A stretch of 64,000 nucleotides of DNA from Candidatus Thorarchaeota archaeon (GTDB taxonomy: Archaea; Asgardarchaeota; Thorarchaeia; Thorarchaeales; Thorarchaeaceae), in contig JAWOEX010000039.1 in NCBI GenBank assembly GCA_046482545.1, positions 128,001-192,000 of the forward strand, read 5' to 3'. The stretch's first letter is position 1; every line of letters starts with the position of its first letter. Below the pieces are notes generated by a model that saw only the letters and a list, made by a program, of their open reading frames with translations, did no database searches and had not been told where the DNA came from. Below, piece by piece: positions 48,796-57,694 of this stretch. The position numbers were made by a program, and so were the translations under genes.

Positions 48796-50604
48796 ATGCG
48801 CGTGTATCTCGATGCCAATTTTTTCATAAGCGGATTCAGCGAACGACCGAAAGATGTTGCGCATATTCAAGAAGCTGCTGAAAAAGCAGACATGCAGCTC
48901 TGGATAACAAGACAAGTCTTCCATGAATTGCGATGGTATTTGCGGAGAGAAGTTGAAGCAATAATTAGGATAGATGAGACCTTAAGTAAAGACATCAAGG
49001 AATTCATTGATAGCATCAAGATGCCAGAGAGAAAACTACCCCAATTTAATGATATGTCTCTCATTCTTGCGGCGATGCGTGCAGACGAGGCAAAGATAGT
49101 CACAAGCGATATAAAACTGCTTAACACCATTGAGGATTTAAAAGTTGACACCGAAGGAATTGTAGGTTCGGCTTTTGTTTTGGAATTGCTAGAATCGATT
49201 GAAGATGAAAAACTTGAGAAGAAGCTAAGAACGATTAGAGAAAGGATATATAGCGAAGAAGTCAGATACAGCATCTCCCGACGAAAATCCTACGATCCTG
49301 TAACTCGCATCAGAATCATTGAAGACCATGCGCTTCGTGTAATACGGTCAGTAAAGAGACCGGCCGAAGATGTTGACAAGAAGCTTTCAGAAGGGCAACC
49401 CCTGTTTGTGCTTGACTTTCTTGAAGATATCAAGGCTGGCTTACCTGCTATGTTCGAGGATTTTCAGAAAGGAATGTATGATTCCCTTGCGAACGAAATC
49501 GAAGCAATTCAGAACGAAATCGAACGTTTGCTCATTGTATCAACGCTTACCCAAGACAGCATCACTCATCATAGATTGGTAGACCACGCGTCAGACCTCA
49601 CGTTGTTTCTTTACTATTTGGAAATGATATGCTATCTGTATCGTGGAACACGTGAAGGGGTGGAAAATGCGCTCAGAATCAGCGATGAAGCCACACGGCT
49701 GCTCATGTTCGCTTCCATCAGTAATAACGAGCTGAAGGCTTCTGTCTTCATGGTCATCATCATTCTGAACTTAATCCAAGAAGACTACGAAGAAATAGAC
49801 TACTATTACTCGCTCTATGACGGTCTACTGGATAGGGCGGGCCTGAATCAAATGCAAGAGACGTCAGAAGGACTCTATGTAACCATGCAGATACTCCGAG
49901 AATTCATGGGCGGCTTCAAATTAGCCAAGACAAAATTGGAGTATCCATCCGTCACGATTTCAATGCTCAATGATATTGCGACTTACTGCATCCAGTTCGA
50001 TAATCATGACAATGCATGGCATCTCGCCCTCAATGGCTACAAAATTGGAGTTGCTTATGGTAAGAAGGAAGGGGCTTTAGCTTCCTTTCTGATGCTCTAC
50101 AAAATCTCTTCTTCATCTCATGGACGCTTCGAATCGGCTCTTGAGAAAATCGCGGAGCATGCATTGAAAGTTTTCGTCAAGAAAGGATGGTCAACCGACA
50201 AGATAACCCCCATCCTGCATGAAATCCAAGGGAACCTGCCTGAGGTTGAAGATATGAGCACAGAAGGTTTCCAGCCGCTGAAGGAACTCCCAGAAGAAAT
50301 GAAGGGTTGGATGGATGTCCTGAGCAGAGAAGATGTGGATGGAAAAGAGGTGCTCATCGCTAGGAATGATGAAATCCAAGCTCGTGTTGGAATAGATACT
50401 CGCGAGCACAAAGAGATTCGAGGGCTCAAAACCGGTCATAAGATTGCCTTGAGCAAGGGTGAATTCAAAATAGAAGAGACAAGCGACAAGCTGAAAAAGA
50501 ATCACGCAGTAGTCTTTCTTATTACCCCGGGTGAGGGAGCCGAAGTGTCATTTGAAGGCGAATATGGTTTCCGTTACTTGGAAATAGCTCAACCGCAAGC
50601 CTAA
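48796..50604 (+). CDS. PIN-domain protein with a long helical region and a C-terminal beta domain
   Basis: VYLDANFFI, HEL, NDMSLI and IVTSD supply the PIN acidic residues. The remaining ~450 aa are unassigned. Confidence 0.65.
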   Translation: MRVYLDANFFISGFSERPKDVAHIQEAAEKADMQLWITRQVFHELRWYLRREVEAIIRIDETLSKDIKEFIDSIKMPERKLPQFNDMSLILAAMRADEAKIVTSDIKLLNTIEDLKVDTEGIVGSAFVLELLESIEDEKLEKKLRTIRERIYSEEVRYSISRRKSYDPVTRIRIIEDHALRVIRSVKRPAEDVDKKLSEGQPLFVLDFLEDIKAGLPAMFEDFQKGMYDSLANEIEAIQNEIERLLIVSTLTQDSITHHRLVDHASDLTLFLYYLEMICYLYRGTREGVENALRISDEATRLLMFASISNNELKASVFMVIIILNLIQEDYEEIDYYYSLYDGLLDRAGLNQMQETSEGLYVTMQILREFMGGFKLAKTKLEYPSVTISMLNDIATYCIQFDNHDNAWHLALNGYKIGVAYGKKEGALASFLMLYKISSSSHGRFESALEKIAEHALKVFVKKGWSTDKITPILHEIQGNLPEVEDMSTEGFQPLKELPEEMKGWMDVLSREDVDGKEVLIARNDEIQARVGIDTREHKEIRGLKTGHKIALSKGEFKIEETSDKLKKNHAVVFLITPGEGAEVSFEGEYGFRYLEIAQPQA

Positions 50605-50765
50605 AGCTGCCAAACACCTAAGATGAGGCATTTATGAGAAAGCCCTGCATTTCGATGCTTTACTCTGACCAATGGCAAACCGAGTTTGACCTTCGAGCAG
50701 ATAGGGTAACATAATCTGTGGCAATCGTACACCCCATTCTAAATGAGGTTCGAAAACGCTACCAA

Positions 50766-51128
50766 TCAAGCCGCAGAAGGCTTGACTTTGTCATCGGGGA
50801 TGTTTGGCAATTTTACAGCAATGAAGCTAACGTCCGTATCCGCCGGAGCTGAGAACCAGTGCTCTTCACCAGGATCTACAATTACAACATCTCCTGGGCC
50901 CACGGGTATGACTTCTTCATCAATCCCAATCTCTGTATCATCAAGGAAAATGAAAACTTCCTGCAACGAGTGATGAGCGTGTGGTTCTGTGCGTTTTCCC
51001 GCATCTACGTGTACTACAATGAATGCAGCAGTTTCTACTCGTTGTATTAACTCGACATCTGCAATATAGGTCGCCGTATAGCCGGCACGCGTTTTAGGTT
51101 CAGTTTCATCAGCCCTGAATATCTTCAA
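50766..51128 (-). CDS. Cupin_2 domain protein
   Basis: PHAHHSLQEVF and GDVVIVDPGEEHW. Confidence 0.88.
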   Translation of the reverse strand: MKIFRADETEPKTRAGYTATYIADVELIQRVETAAFIVVHVDAGKRTEPHAHHSLQEVFIFLDDTEIGIDEEVIPVGPGDVVIVDPGEEHWFSAPADTDVSFIAVKLPNIPDDKVKPSAA

Positions 51129-51236
51129 TCTTTACCATCTCGTTTCGGGTACCGTAGGTTTCTCGTAAAAGGATAGCTGTAAGAAACTGTAACATCAGGT
51201 TTAAACTCGATTCTATATGATGAAGACACAGGCAGG

Positions 51237-51737
51237 ATGATATCATTGAAGACGACTGTTGCTGTAATAGGTGGCTCTGATACGAGCGGAAGAGGCTTGG
51301 AGCTTGCTGAAGAAGTGGGTGCTGAGATTGCGAAGCGCGGACACGTATTGGTATGCGGGGGACTAGGAGGCGTTATGGAAGCTGCCTGCAAGGGAGCAAA
51401 AAAACACGGAGGGCTGACAGTAGGCATTCTACCCACCGAGAGAAAAAGCCATGCTAACCCGTATGTCGACATTGCCATTCCAACAGGACTGGGTTATGTA
51501 AGGAACTTTCTTGTTGCCCGTGGAGGCGATGCAGTAATTGCTATTGCTGGATCTGCGGGAACTCTCAGTGAAATGGCAATCGCTTGGTTCTCCGACCGTC
51601 CGGTTGTCGCGCTGGTAGAATCAGGGGGATGGGCTGAAAAGCTGGCTGGGCAAAGAATCGACCATAGGCGAAGTGACACCGTGTATCCTGCTCAGAGTGC
51701 TGAAGAAGCAGTAGAGGTCGCAGTTGATTCAATCTGA
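51237..51737 (+). CDS. TIGR00725 family (LOG/SLOG Rossmann-fold) protein
   Basis: CGGLGGVMEAAC.GA, VGILP, RN and GTLSE. Confidence 0.88.
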   Translation: MISLKTTVAVIGGSDTSGRGLELAEEVGAEIAKRGHVLVCGGLGGVMEAACKGAKKHGGLTVGILPTERKSHANPYVDIAIPTGLGYVRNFLVARGGDAVIAIAGSAGTLSEMAIAWFSDRPVVALVESGGWAEKLAGQRIDHRRSDTVYPAQSAEEAVEVAVDSI

Positions 51738-51816
51738 TTACACTCATCTCAACCCGAGTCTATGTTGATTGCCACAACACTATAAGAAAGGTCGCAAGTG
51801 TCTTATTGAAAAGGAT

Positions 51817-52659
51817 ATGAAGCTCGCGAAGGAAGTCATCCATGGCGACTATGATTTAGTGGAACACGAGGTTCAATATCTAATAAATCGGCTCTCTTCA
51901 AATTATAAGCTCAAACCTAACGTTGTAGAGTTCCCTTCTGAAGATGTGCTGTTTGTAGGAGATCTCCATGGCGACATACAGGCCGCTGAAGGAGTGCTCA
52001 ATGAATTCAATGAAATGAGTCCGTCGGCTGTTGTCTTTCTTGGAGATTATGCTGACAGGGGAAGCGCTCAGATTCACACCATCAACCTGGTCATATCCAT
52101 GGCCATTGAATTTCCAGAACAAGTGATAATGCTGCGGGGTAACCACGAAGCAGAAGATCTTGCTGCTCGCTACGGCTTTAGGGGCGAAGTTCGAAGAGGG
52201 TATTCGGACGATCTTTTTCGAAGCTATTGCGAACTCTTCAAATCACTACCGATGGCAGCCATGAATGAAGAGAGAATATTTGCGTGCCATGGTGGAATAC
52301 CAGAAGATGTTTCATCAATCTCTGACCTTCAGAAAATAGATAGGCAACACGCGAATATTCATGACAAAGTATTATTCCAATTGGTCTGGAATGACCCCAA
52401 ACCTGCTGACTTCTACTTCCGGCCCAGTATGCGTGGTGGGGGATCGAAATACTTCGGACGGAGAGCTTTCGACGAATTTTCAAAGAACTTGGACATCCAT
52501 ACCATTGTTCGAGCTCACGAAGCATTTCCTTCTGGTTTCAGAAGATTCTTTGATGGGAATCTCATCAGTGTATTCAGCACGGCATATGGTGGCCGTGTTA
52601 ATCCAAAAATCGGTCATTTATCAACTGAACGTACAATCAGCCCGATATCACACATATAA
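51817..52659 (+). CDS. Ser/Thr protein phosphatase, PPP family
   Basis: GDLHG, GDYADRG, LRGNHE, CHGG, W.DP, RAHE and SVFS. Confidence 0.92.
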   Translation: MKLAKEVIHGDYDLVEHEVQYLINRLSSNYKLKPNVVEFPSEDVLFVGDLHGDIQAAEGVLNEFNEMSPSAVVFLGDYADRGSAQIHTINLVISMAIEFPEQVIMLRGNHEAEDLAARYGFRGEVRRGYSDDLFRSYCELFKSLPMAAMNEERIFACHGGIPEDVSSISDLQKIDRQHANIHDKVLFQLVWNDPKPADFYFRPSMRGGGSKYFGRRAFDEFSKNLDIHTIVRAHEAFPSGFRRFFDGNLISVFSTAYGGRVNPKIGHLSTERTISPISHI

Positions 52660-52807
52660 TCAATCAGATATTTGTAGTATTACGTAACATGATATGGGCT
52701 AAAAACCACTCCATGCCAACCTAGCAGCTCCCTTGCTAGAGACAAGTTCTTAAATAATGGCGGAAGTTCTCGACTCAGCCGGTCTTTGCTCCGAAGGTGG
52801 AAATACA

Positions 52808-53890
52808 ATGACAAAAGTTGCAGTGGTTAAAACAACACCAAAGACAATCCACGAAGACATAGCGCGTGTCATGGATCTCGCAGATTATGACAAGTACGTC
52901 TCAAAGAACATCGAGACAACGATTAAACTCAATTTGTCTTGGAGCAAGTTCTATCCGGCATGTTCAACCAATCCCTATACCTTTGACGGAGTCCTCAGGA
53001 AATTAATCGGAGATGGTTTTCTCAACAGAAGCATTCAAGCAGTTGAGAATGAAACCGTCGTCACAAACATATACGAGGGGACCCATAAGAACAACTGGTA
53101 TCCAGTCATCAAGAAGCACGGCATCAGGTTTCTCCCTCTCATCAAAGCCAATTATGTTGATGTCGAACTGCCGCAGGATACATTGGCTCTAGAGGATATC
53201 TTTGGAGAAGTGATAGCTCCAGAGGAAATATTCGATACCAATATCATCCACTTGCCGACAATCAAGGTGCATGGGCACACATCGATGACAGGTGCGATGA
53301 AGGATTCCTTTGGTCTCTATCTTACCAAGAATCGTCACTTAGCCCATTTGAAGATACACGAAGTGCTTGTTGACCTGCTACTCTTACAGAAGACCATATC
53401 ACATTCGGAATTCGTTGTAACAGATGGGACAGTGGTAGGCGATGGTGCCGGCCCTCGAACAATGGAACCAAAAATTGGAAACCTTCTCATAGCAACTCAC
53501 GATATGGTTGCAGCAGATGCTGTTCAGACCCGATTGATGGGAATACCTCAAGAACAGGTCAGAAAACTACAGATTGCTGAAGAGCTTGGACTAGGAGATG
53601 CAAGCAGGGATCGCATAGAAATTGTAGGGGATTTCGAATCCTGGGATGATTTGCCCAACCTCCATCTCAGTACTGGCAAGAGCCCTGTTATAGCATGGAA
53701 CAGGGGTTTTCTCAAGTTTCCGGGTATGGAGCAACTGATCTTCCGTTCACCTCTTATGTGGTTACCAACCCAACTTTCAGGGCTTTATCATGATGGCATT
53801 TGGCTCCCTCTGTTTGGCAAGAAATGGGTCGAATGGTTCTTGGAGGAAACTGAATGGGGCGAGCTTTGGAAGTCTTACTCTGAAGAATAA
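52808..53890 (+). CDS. DUF362 domain protein
   Basis: IKLNL, LPTIKVHGHT.MTGAMK..FG, DG...G.GP and D.VAAD. Start at ATG 52808. Confidence 0.8.
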   Translation: MTKVAVVKTTPKTIHEDIARVMDLADYDKYVSKNIETTIKLNLSWSKFYPACSTNPYTFDGVLRKLIGDGFLNRSIQAVENETVVTNIYEGTHKNNWYPVIKKHGIRFLPLIKANYVDVELPQDTLALEDIFGEVIAPEEIFDTNIIHLPTIKVHGHTSMTGAMKDSFGLYLTKNRHLAHLKIHEVLVDLLLLQKTISHSEFVVTDGTVVGDGAGPRTMEPKIGNLLIATHDMVAADAVQTRLMGIPQEQVRKLQIAEELGLGDASRDRIEIVGDFESWDDLPNLHLSTGKSPVIAWNRGFLKFPGMEQLIFRSPLMWLPTQLSGLYHDGIWLPLFGKKWVEWFLEETEWGELWKSYSEE

Positions 53891-53896
53891 TTGGAG

Positions 53897-54883
53897 ATGG
53901 AAAAATTGCCTGTTAAGGATTATCTACGGTTAATGCGACCGCAGCAGTGGTACAAGAACTTGTTAGTTTTTCTCGCCATCATTTTCGTGGAGTTGCCACA
54001 AAAATGGCCCTGGGAGACAATTCCTGCTGTTTTCAGGCTTTCAAACTACCCCCCGCTTATAATGGGTTTTCTTGTTCTTTGTGCAGTATCCAGCAGCGGA
54101 TACATCATAAACGACATCATGGATATCGAGGAGGATGCTGCCCATCCCGAGAAAAAGAAAAGACCATTACCATCAGGAGCAGTATCCAAGTCTGCATCCT
54201 ATGCTCTAGCTATGGTGCTTCTTGGTTCAGGACTTGTGCTCTCGTACTACTTGAGCAGGATGTTCTTTCTATGCATCTTGCTGTACTTATTCAATTCCCA
54301 AGCATACAACAAATTCCTCAAGAACTACGCGGTGGTAGACGTTGTTACGATTGCAGTTGGTTTCATTATCAGGGCTGTATCTGGTACCTTCTTAATGGGT
54401 GTGGGATTTACATCCTGGCTGGTTATCGGAGTTTTCTTTTTTGCATTAGTTCTTGGATTTGGAAAAAGGAAGAATGAATTGCAGCTGCTTGGTGATGATG
54501 CACCAGAACACAAGCCCGTGTTTACTCAATATACAGATACAATGCTGAATCACGCAATTAGCATTTCAGCCACTTGGGTAGTGCTTTTCTACGCCCTCTA
54601 TACATATGAAAACTATCGAGACGTTATGGTCAAACAGCCAGTTATGATCACCGTACCAATCGCTGCAAGCATCATTCTAAGATACATCTACCTACTGCAT
54701 ATTGGAAGTCCTGTCGGCCGCAAGCCACATCTCGCCGCAAGAGACAAAGGTATTCTTGTTGGAGCCATTATCTTCGGTGTAGTACTTGTCTTGACTCTCT
54801 TCTTCTGGCAGCCAATATTCAGTTTCTTTACCGATTTGCTTCCGATACCCCCAGATGTTCCAGATGTTACAGACCTTCCGTAG
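53897..54883 (+). CDS. UbiA-family prenyltransferase, decaprenyl-phosphate phosphoribosyltransferase (DPPR synthase)-like
   Basis: RP.QWYKN, YIINDI.D...D..HP.K..RPL.SG, K...VDV...GF.IRA..G and KRK.EL. Confidence 0.85.
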   Translation: MEKLPVKDYLRLMRPQQWYKNLLVFLAIIFVELPQKWPWETIPAVFRLSNYPPLIMGFLVLCAVSSSGYIINDIMDIEEDAAHPEKKKRPLPSGAVSKSASYALAMVLLGSGLVLSYYLSRMFFLCILLYLFNSQAYNKFLKNYAVVDVVTIAVGFIIRAVSGTFLMGVGFTSWLVIGVFFFALVLGFGKRKNELQLLGDDAPEHKPVFTQYTDTMLNHAISISATWVVLFYALYTYENYRDVMVKQPVMITVPIAASIILRYIYLLHIGSPVGRKPHLAARDKGILVGAIIFGVVLVLTLFFWQPIFSFFTDLLPIPPDVPDVTDLP

Positions 54884-55558
54884 GTGTTTGAAATGCGGAA
54901 GGCTCTTTTTCCATTCGACCTTCACAGCCACACTCTCTTTTCAAAGGATGGGCTCAACAAGCCACGAGACATGTTCAAGTGGATGAGGAAGAAGAAGCTG
55001 AAAGGAATGGCTCTCACTGAACATGAAAGAGCCTCCATTCTCACACCAATAGTCCACAAAGGTCGTTTCTTGTTACCCGCTTGTGAATACAAATCTACTG
55101 ACTATGGCGAGTTGATTGGTCTTTTCATAAATGGTCATATTGAAAATCGTACCTTTGTTGAAATCGCAGAAGATATCCATGACCAAGATGCCTTCACTGT
55201 GCTTCCTCACCCGAGGGATCCGTTTAGGAAAGAGACAGCTCTAATGCAGAAACTCCCAGACAAGATAATCAAAAAACACGTTGATTTCATCGAAGGTATA
55301 AACTCTCGTTGTCTTTTTCCCATATTTAACAAATGGGCACAGGATTTGGCCAAACGTCTTGACAAACCAATGACTGCTGGGAGCGATGCTCACAGCCATC
55401 TAGAAATCGGTCATGCAAAAACTTGGTTTGAAAAAGCAGATACACCTCAACAAGTTTACGAGGAGCTGAAACAAGGTAACACGGTGATATCCGGAAGGGT
55501 TTCTTTTCCGTGGGTACACCTCCCTTCAATGCTCTGGCAACGTGCTAGGAAGTTGTGA
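54884..55558 (+). CDS. PHP-domain metal-dependent phosphoesterase
   Basis: DLHSHT..S.DG, TEH, E, PHP, EGINSR and GSDAH. Confidence 0.88.
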   Translation: MFEMRKALFPFDLHSHTLFSKDGLNKPRDMFKWMRKKKLKGMALTEHERASILTPIVHKGRFLLPACEYKSTDYGELIGLFINGHIENRTFVEIAEDIHDQDAFTVLPHPRDPFRKETALMQKLPDKIIKKHVDFIEGINSRCLFPIFNKWAQDLAKRLDKPMTAGSDAHSHLEIGHAKTWFEKADTPQQVYEELKQGNTVISGRVSFPWVHLPSMLWQRARKL

Positions 55559-56580
55559 ATGTGACTGCAGAAACTGCTAACGAAACTGAACCTGAACAAG
55601 ATTTCATCAGCACGAGAAACCTGGTCATTTTCATTGCGATCGGTGTACTTGTATACTTGGTAATAGTATTTTACGCAGATTTTGACTTGGTTCTGCATGC
55701 CCTTCTCAGTATCCCTTGGTGGTGGGTACTGCCTACCATGATGGCGATGTCCTTTGCCAACTATGCAATCAGGTTCGTCAAATGGCAATACTACCTTGGC
55801 TTGATTGATGTGGATTTGCCAGCAAAAAAGAGCTTTAGCGTTTTCCTAGCAGGTTTCACTCTCACAGCTACACCCGGAAAAATTGGTGAGGCCATCAAGG
55901 GTTACTTTTGCAATCAACTGGATGGAACTCCGATAGCCAAAACTGTTCCAGTGGTAATTTCTGAAAGAATAACCGATCTGCTCGCTATGGTTGCATTAGC
56001 TATAGGGGGTTTCATTCTTGCATTCAATGTCGGAAACCAGCTGCTTCTCCTAGCTGGCGTAGGAGCACTGGCAATTATTGGAGCAGTTATTCTAAGTAAC
56101 AAAGCATTCTACTCCAAAATCCTCAGGAAGCTAACCTCTTTCGGCCCACTGAAAAGATACCAAGATAGCTGTGATTTGATTGAAGACACACTAATGAAGA
56201 CACTTTCACCTAAACCCCTTGTTCTCAGTTCTCTGGTAAGTATTCCAGGGTGGTTCATGGAGTGTATGGAATTGTGGCTATTACTCAGTCTGTTCAATGG
56301 CATGGGGCTACCCAGTCTTGCTCCCGAATCATTGATACTCTTAGCCTCAGCCACTTTCATTCATGCGGGGGCATCCACAATTGGAGCCGTACTCGTGTTT
56401 CTCCCGGGTGGGCTTGGCGGCTACGAAGCCTTCGCCATAGGGATGATGACAGGTCTTATGGCATTACCAGCAGCCATAGCTAGTGCCGCAACTATTCTGG
56501 TCCGCTTTGTAACATTATGGTTCAGCGTCATGGTTGGCTTTGTAGCCATGGCGATAGTGACGAGAATGAGCGCAAACTGA
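55555..56580 (+). CDS. Flippase-like / LPG-synthase TM-domain protein (UPF0104, AglD2-like)
   Basis: R..KW, TPGKIGE, ERITD, PGGLG..E and R..TLW. Confidence 0.85.
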   Translation: MNVTAETANETEPEQDFISTRNLVIFIAIGVLVYLVIVFYADFDLVLHALLSIPWWWVLPTMMAMSFANYAIRFVKWQYYLGLIDVDLPAKKSFSVFLAGFTLTATPGKIGEAIKGYFCNQLDGTPIAKTVPVVISERITDLLAMVALAIGGFILAFNVGNQLLLLAGVGALAIIGAVILSNKAFYSKILRKLTSFGPLKRYQDSCDLIEDTLMKTLSPKPLVLSSLVSIPGWFMECMELWLLLSLFNGMGLPSLAPESLILLASATFIHAGASTIGAVLVFLPGGLGGYEAFAIGMMTGLMALPAAIASAATILVRFVTLWFSVMVGFVAMAIVTRMSAN

Positions 56581-56642
56581 ACTGGTGCCGTCCCCAGCAA
56601 CCTTAAATCAATGACTTCAATGCACCCCATCTGTGAGAACAT

Positions 56643-57659
56643 ATGAGTACTCGCGTAGAAATCGCTCTTGCTAATGCCGAAGAAGTAGTAACCGCTGATG
56701 AAATAGAGGAAATACTGGCTAACAAAGAGGATTTCACGTTTTATTATGGTACGGCACCGACAGGACCATTTCACTTCGCGTATCTAATACCGCTTAACAA
56801 ACTCATTCAACTCGCTGAGATAGGCGGGGAAGGCACCATACTACTAGCTGATTACCACGCGCACTTAGATTCCAGAAAGACCTCCTTTGAACAAATGCAG
56901 ATAAGGTCAGATTACTACGAACAGTGCACACGAGGTATTCTCGGCGAGTACTCAGATAAGATGAAATTCGTCAGGGGTTCCTCCTATCAACATACTCGTG
57001 AATACGTAGAAGATCTATACAGAATAGCCGCACGAGTAACAACAAACAGGGCAAAGCGAGCTGCCAGTGAAGTTGTCCGCCAGAGAGGGACCGCCAAGGT
57101 TTCAGAACTGCTTTATCCACTCCTCCAGATTCTGGATGTCAAGTACCTGAATGCAGATATTACGGTTGGAGGCATAGACCAACGCAACATCTACATGCTC
57201 GGTCGTGAACATCTCGAATACGTACATTTCCCCAAGAGTTCCTACGTTTTCATGCCCTTGTTACCATCGCTAAGGGGCGGTGGTGCCAAAATGTCTGCAA
57301 GTGATCCCACTTCTCATATTCGAGTGACTGATGACCCTGAGAACATACGAAAAACAATTCGAGAAGCATACTGTCCTGCAGGAGAACTGGCCGAAAATCC
57401 AATCACAGCTACGATGAGATATATTATCTTCCCAAGATACGGAGAGATACAGATAGAAAGAAAAGAGAAATTCGGGGGAGACATATCCTTCGGTTCAATA
57501 GAGGAATTTGAACGAGCATATGTTGAGGAGGAAGTACATCCCCTCGACGTCAAAAAGACCGTAGCAAAAGCCCTTGTTGAATTGCTTGAACCTGCTAGAA
57601 CCTATTTTGAGAAGCACGAGGGACTACTCGAGGAAGCACAGAAAACCTTCCAAGAATAG
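56643..57659 (+). CDS. tyrS: Tyrosyl-tRNA synthetase, archaeal type
   Basis: YYGTAPTG..HFAY (HIGH-like), ADYHA.LD, YPLLQILD, GGIDQR and KMSAS. Confidence 0.95.
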   Translation: MSTRVEIALANAEEVVTADEIEEILANKEDFTFYYGTAPTGPFHFAYLIPLNKLIQLAEIGGEGTILLADYHAHLDSRKTSFEQMQIRSDYYEQCTRGILGEYSDKMKFVRGSSYQHTREYVEDLYRIAARVTTNRAKRAASEVVRQRGTAKVSELLYPLLQILDVKYLNADITVGGIDQRNIYMLGREHLEYVHFPKSSYVFMPLLPSLRGGGAKMSASDPTSHIRVTDDPENIRKTIREAYCPAGELAENPITATMRYIIFPRYGEIQIERKEKFGGDISFGSIEEFERAYVEEEVHPLDVKKTVAKALVELLEPARTYFEKHEGLLEEAQKTFQE

Positions 57660-57694
57660 CCCATGGTCCGGTGCAACAGTTGCATGAATTATAT

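Noticed and set aside
53888-54886. Read-through fusion of DUF362, UbiA and PHP (all in the same frame)
   Set aside because: Each is a complete family member with its own start codon, so translational coupling explains the arrangement.
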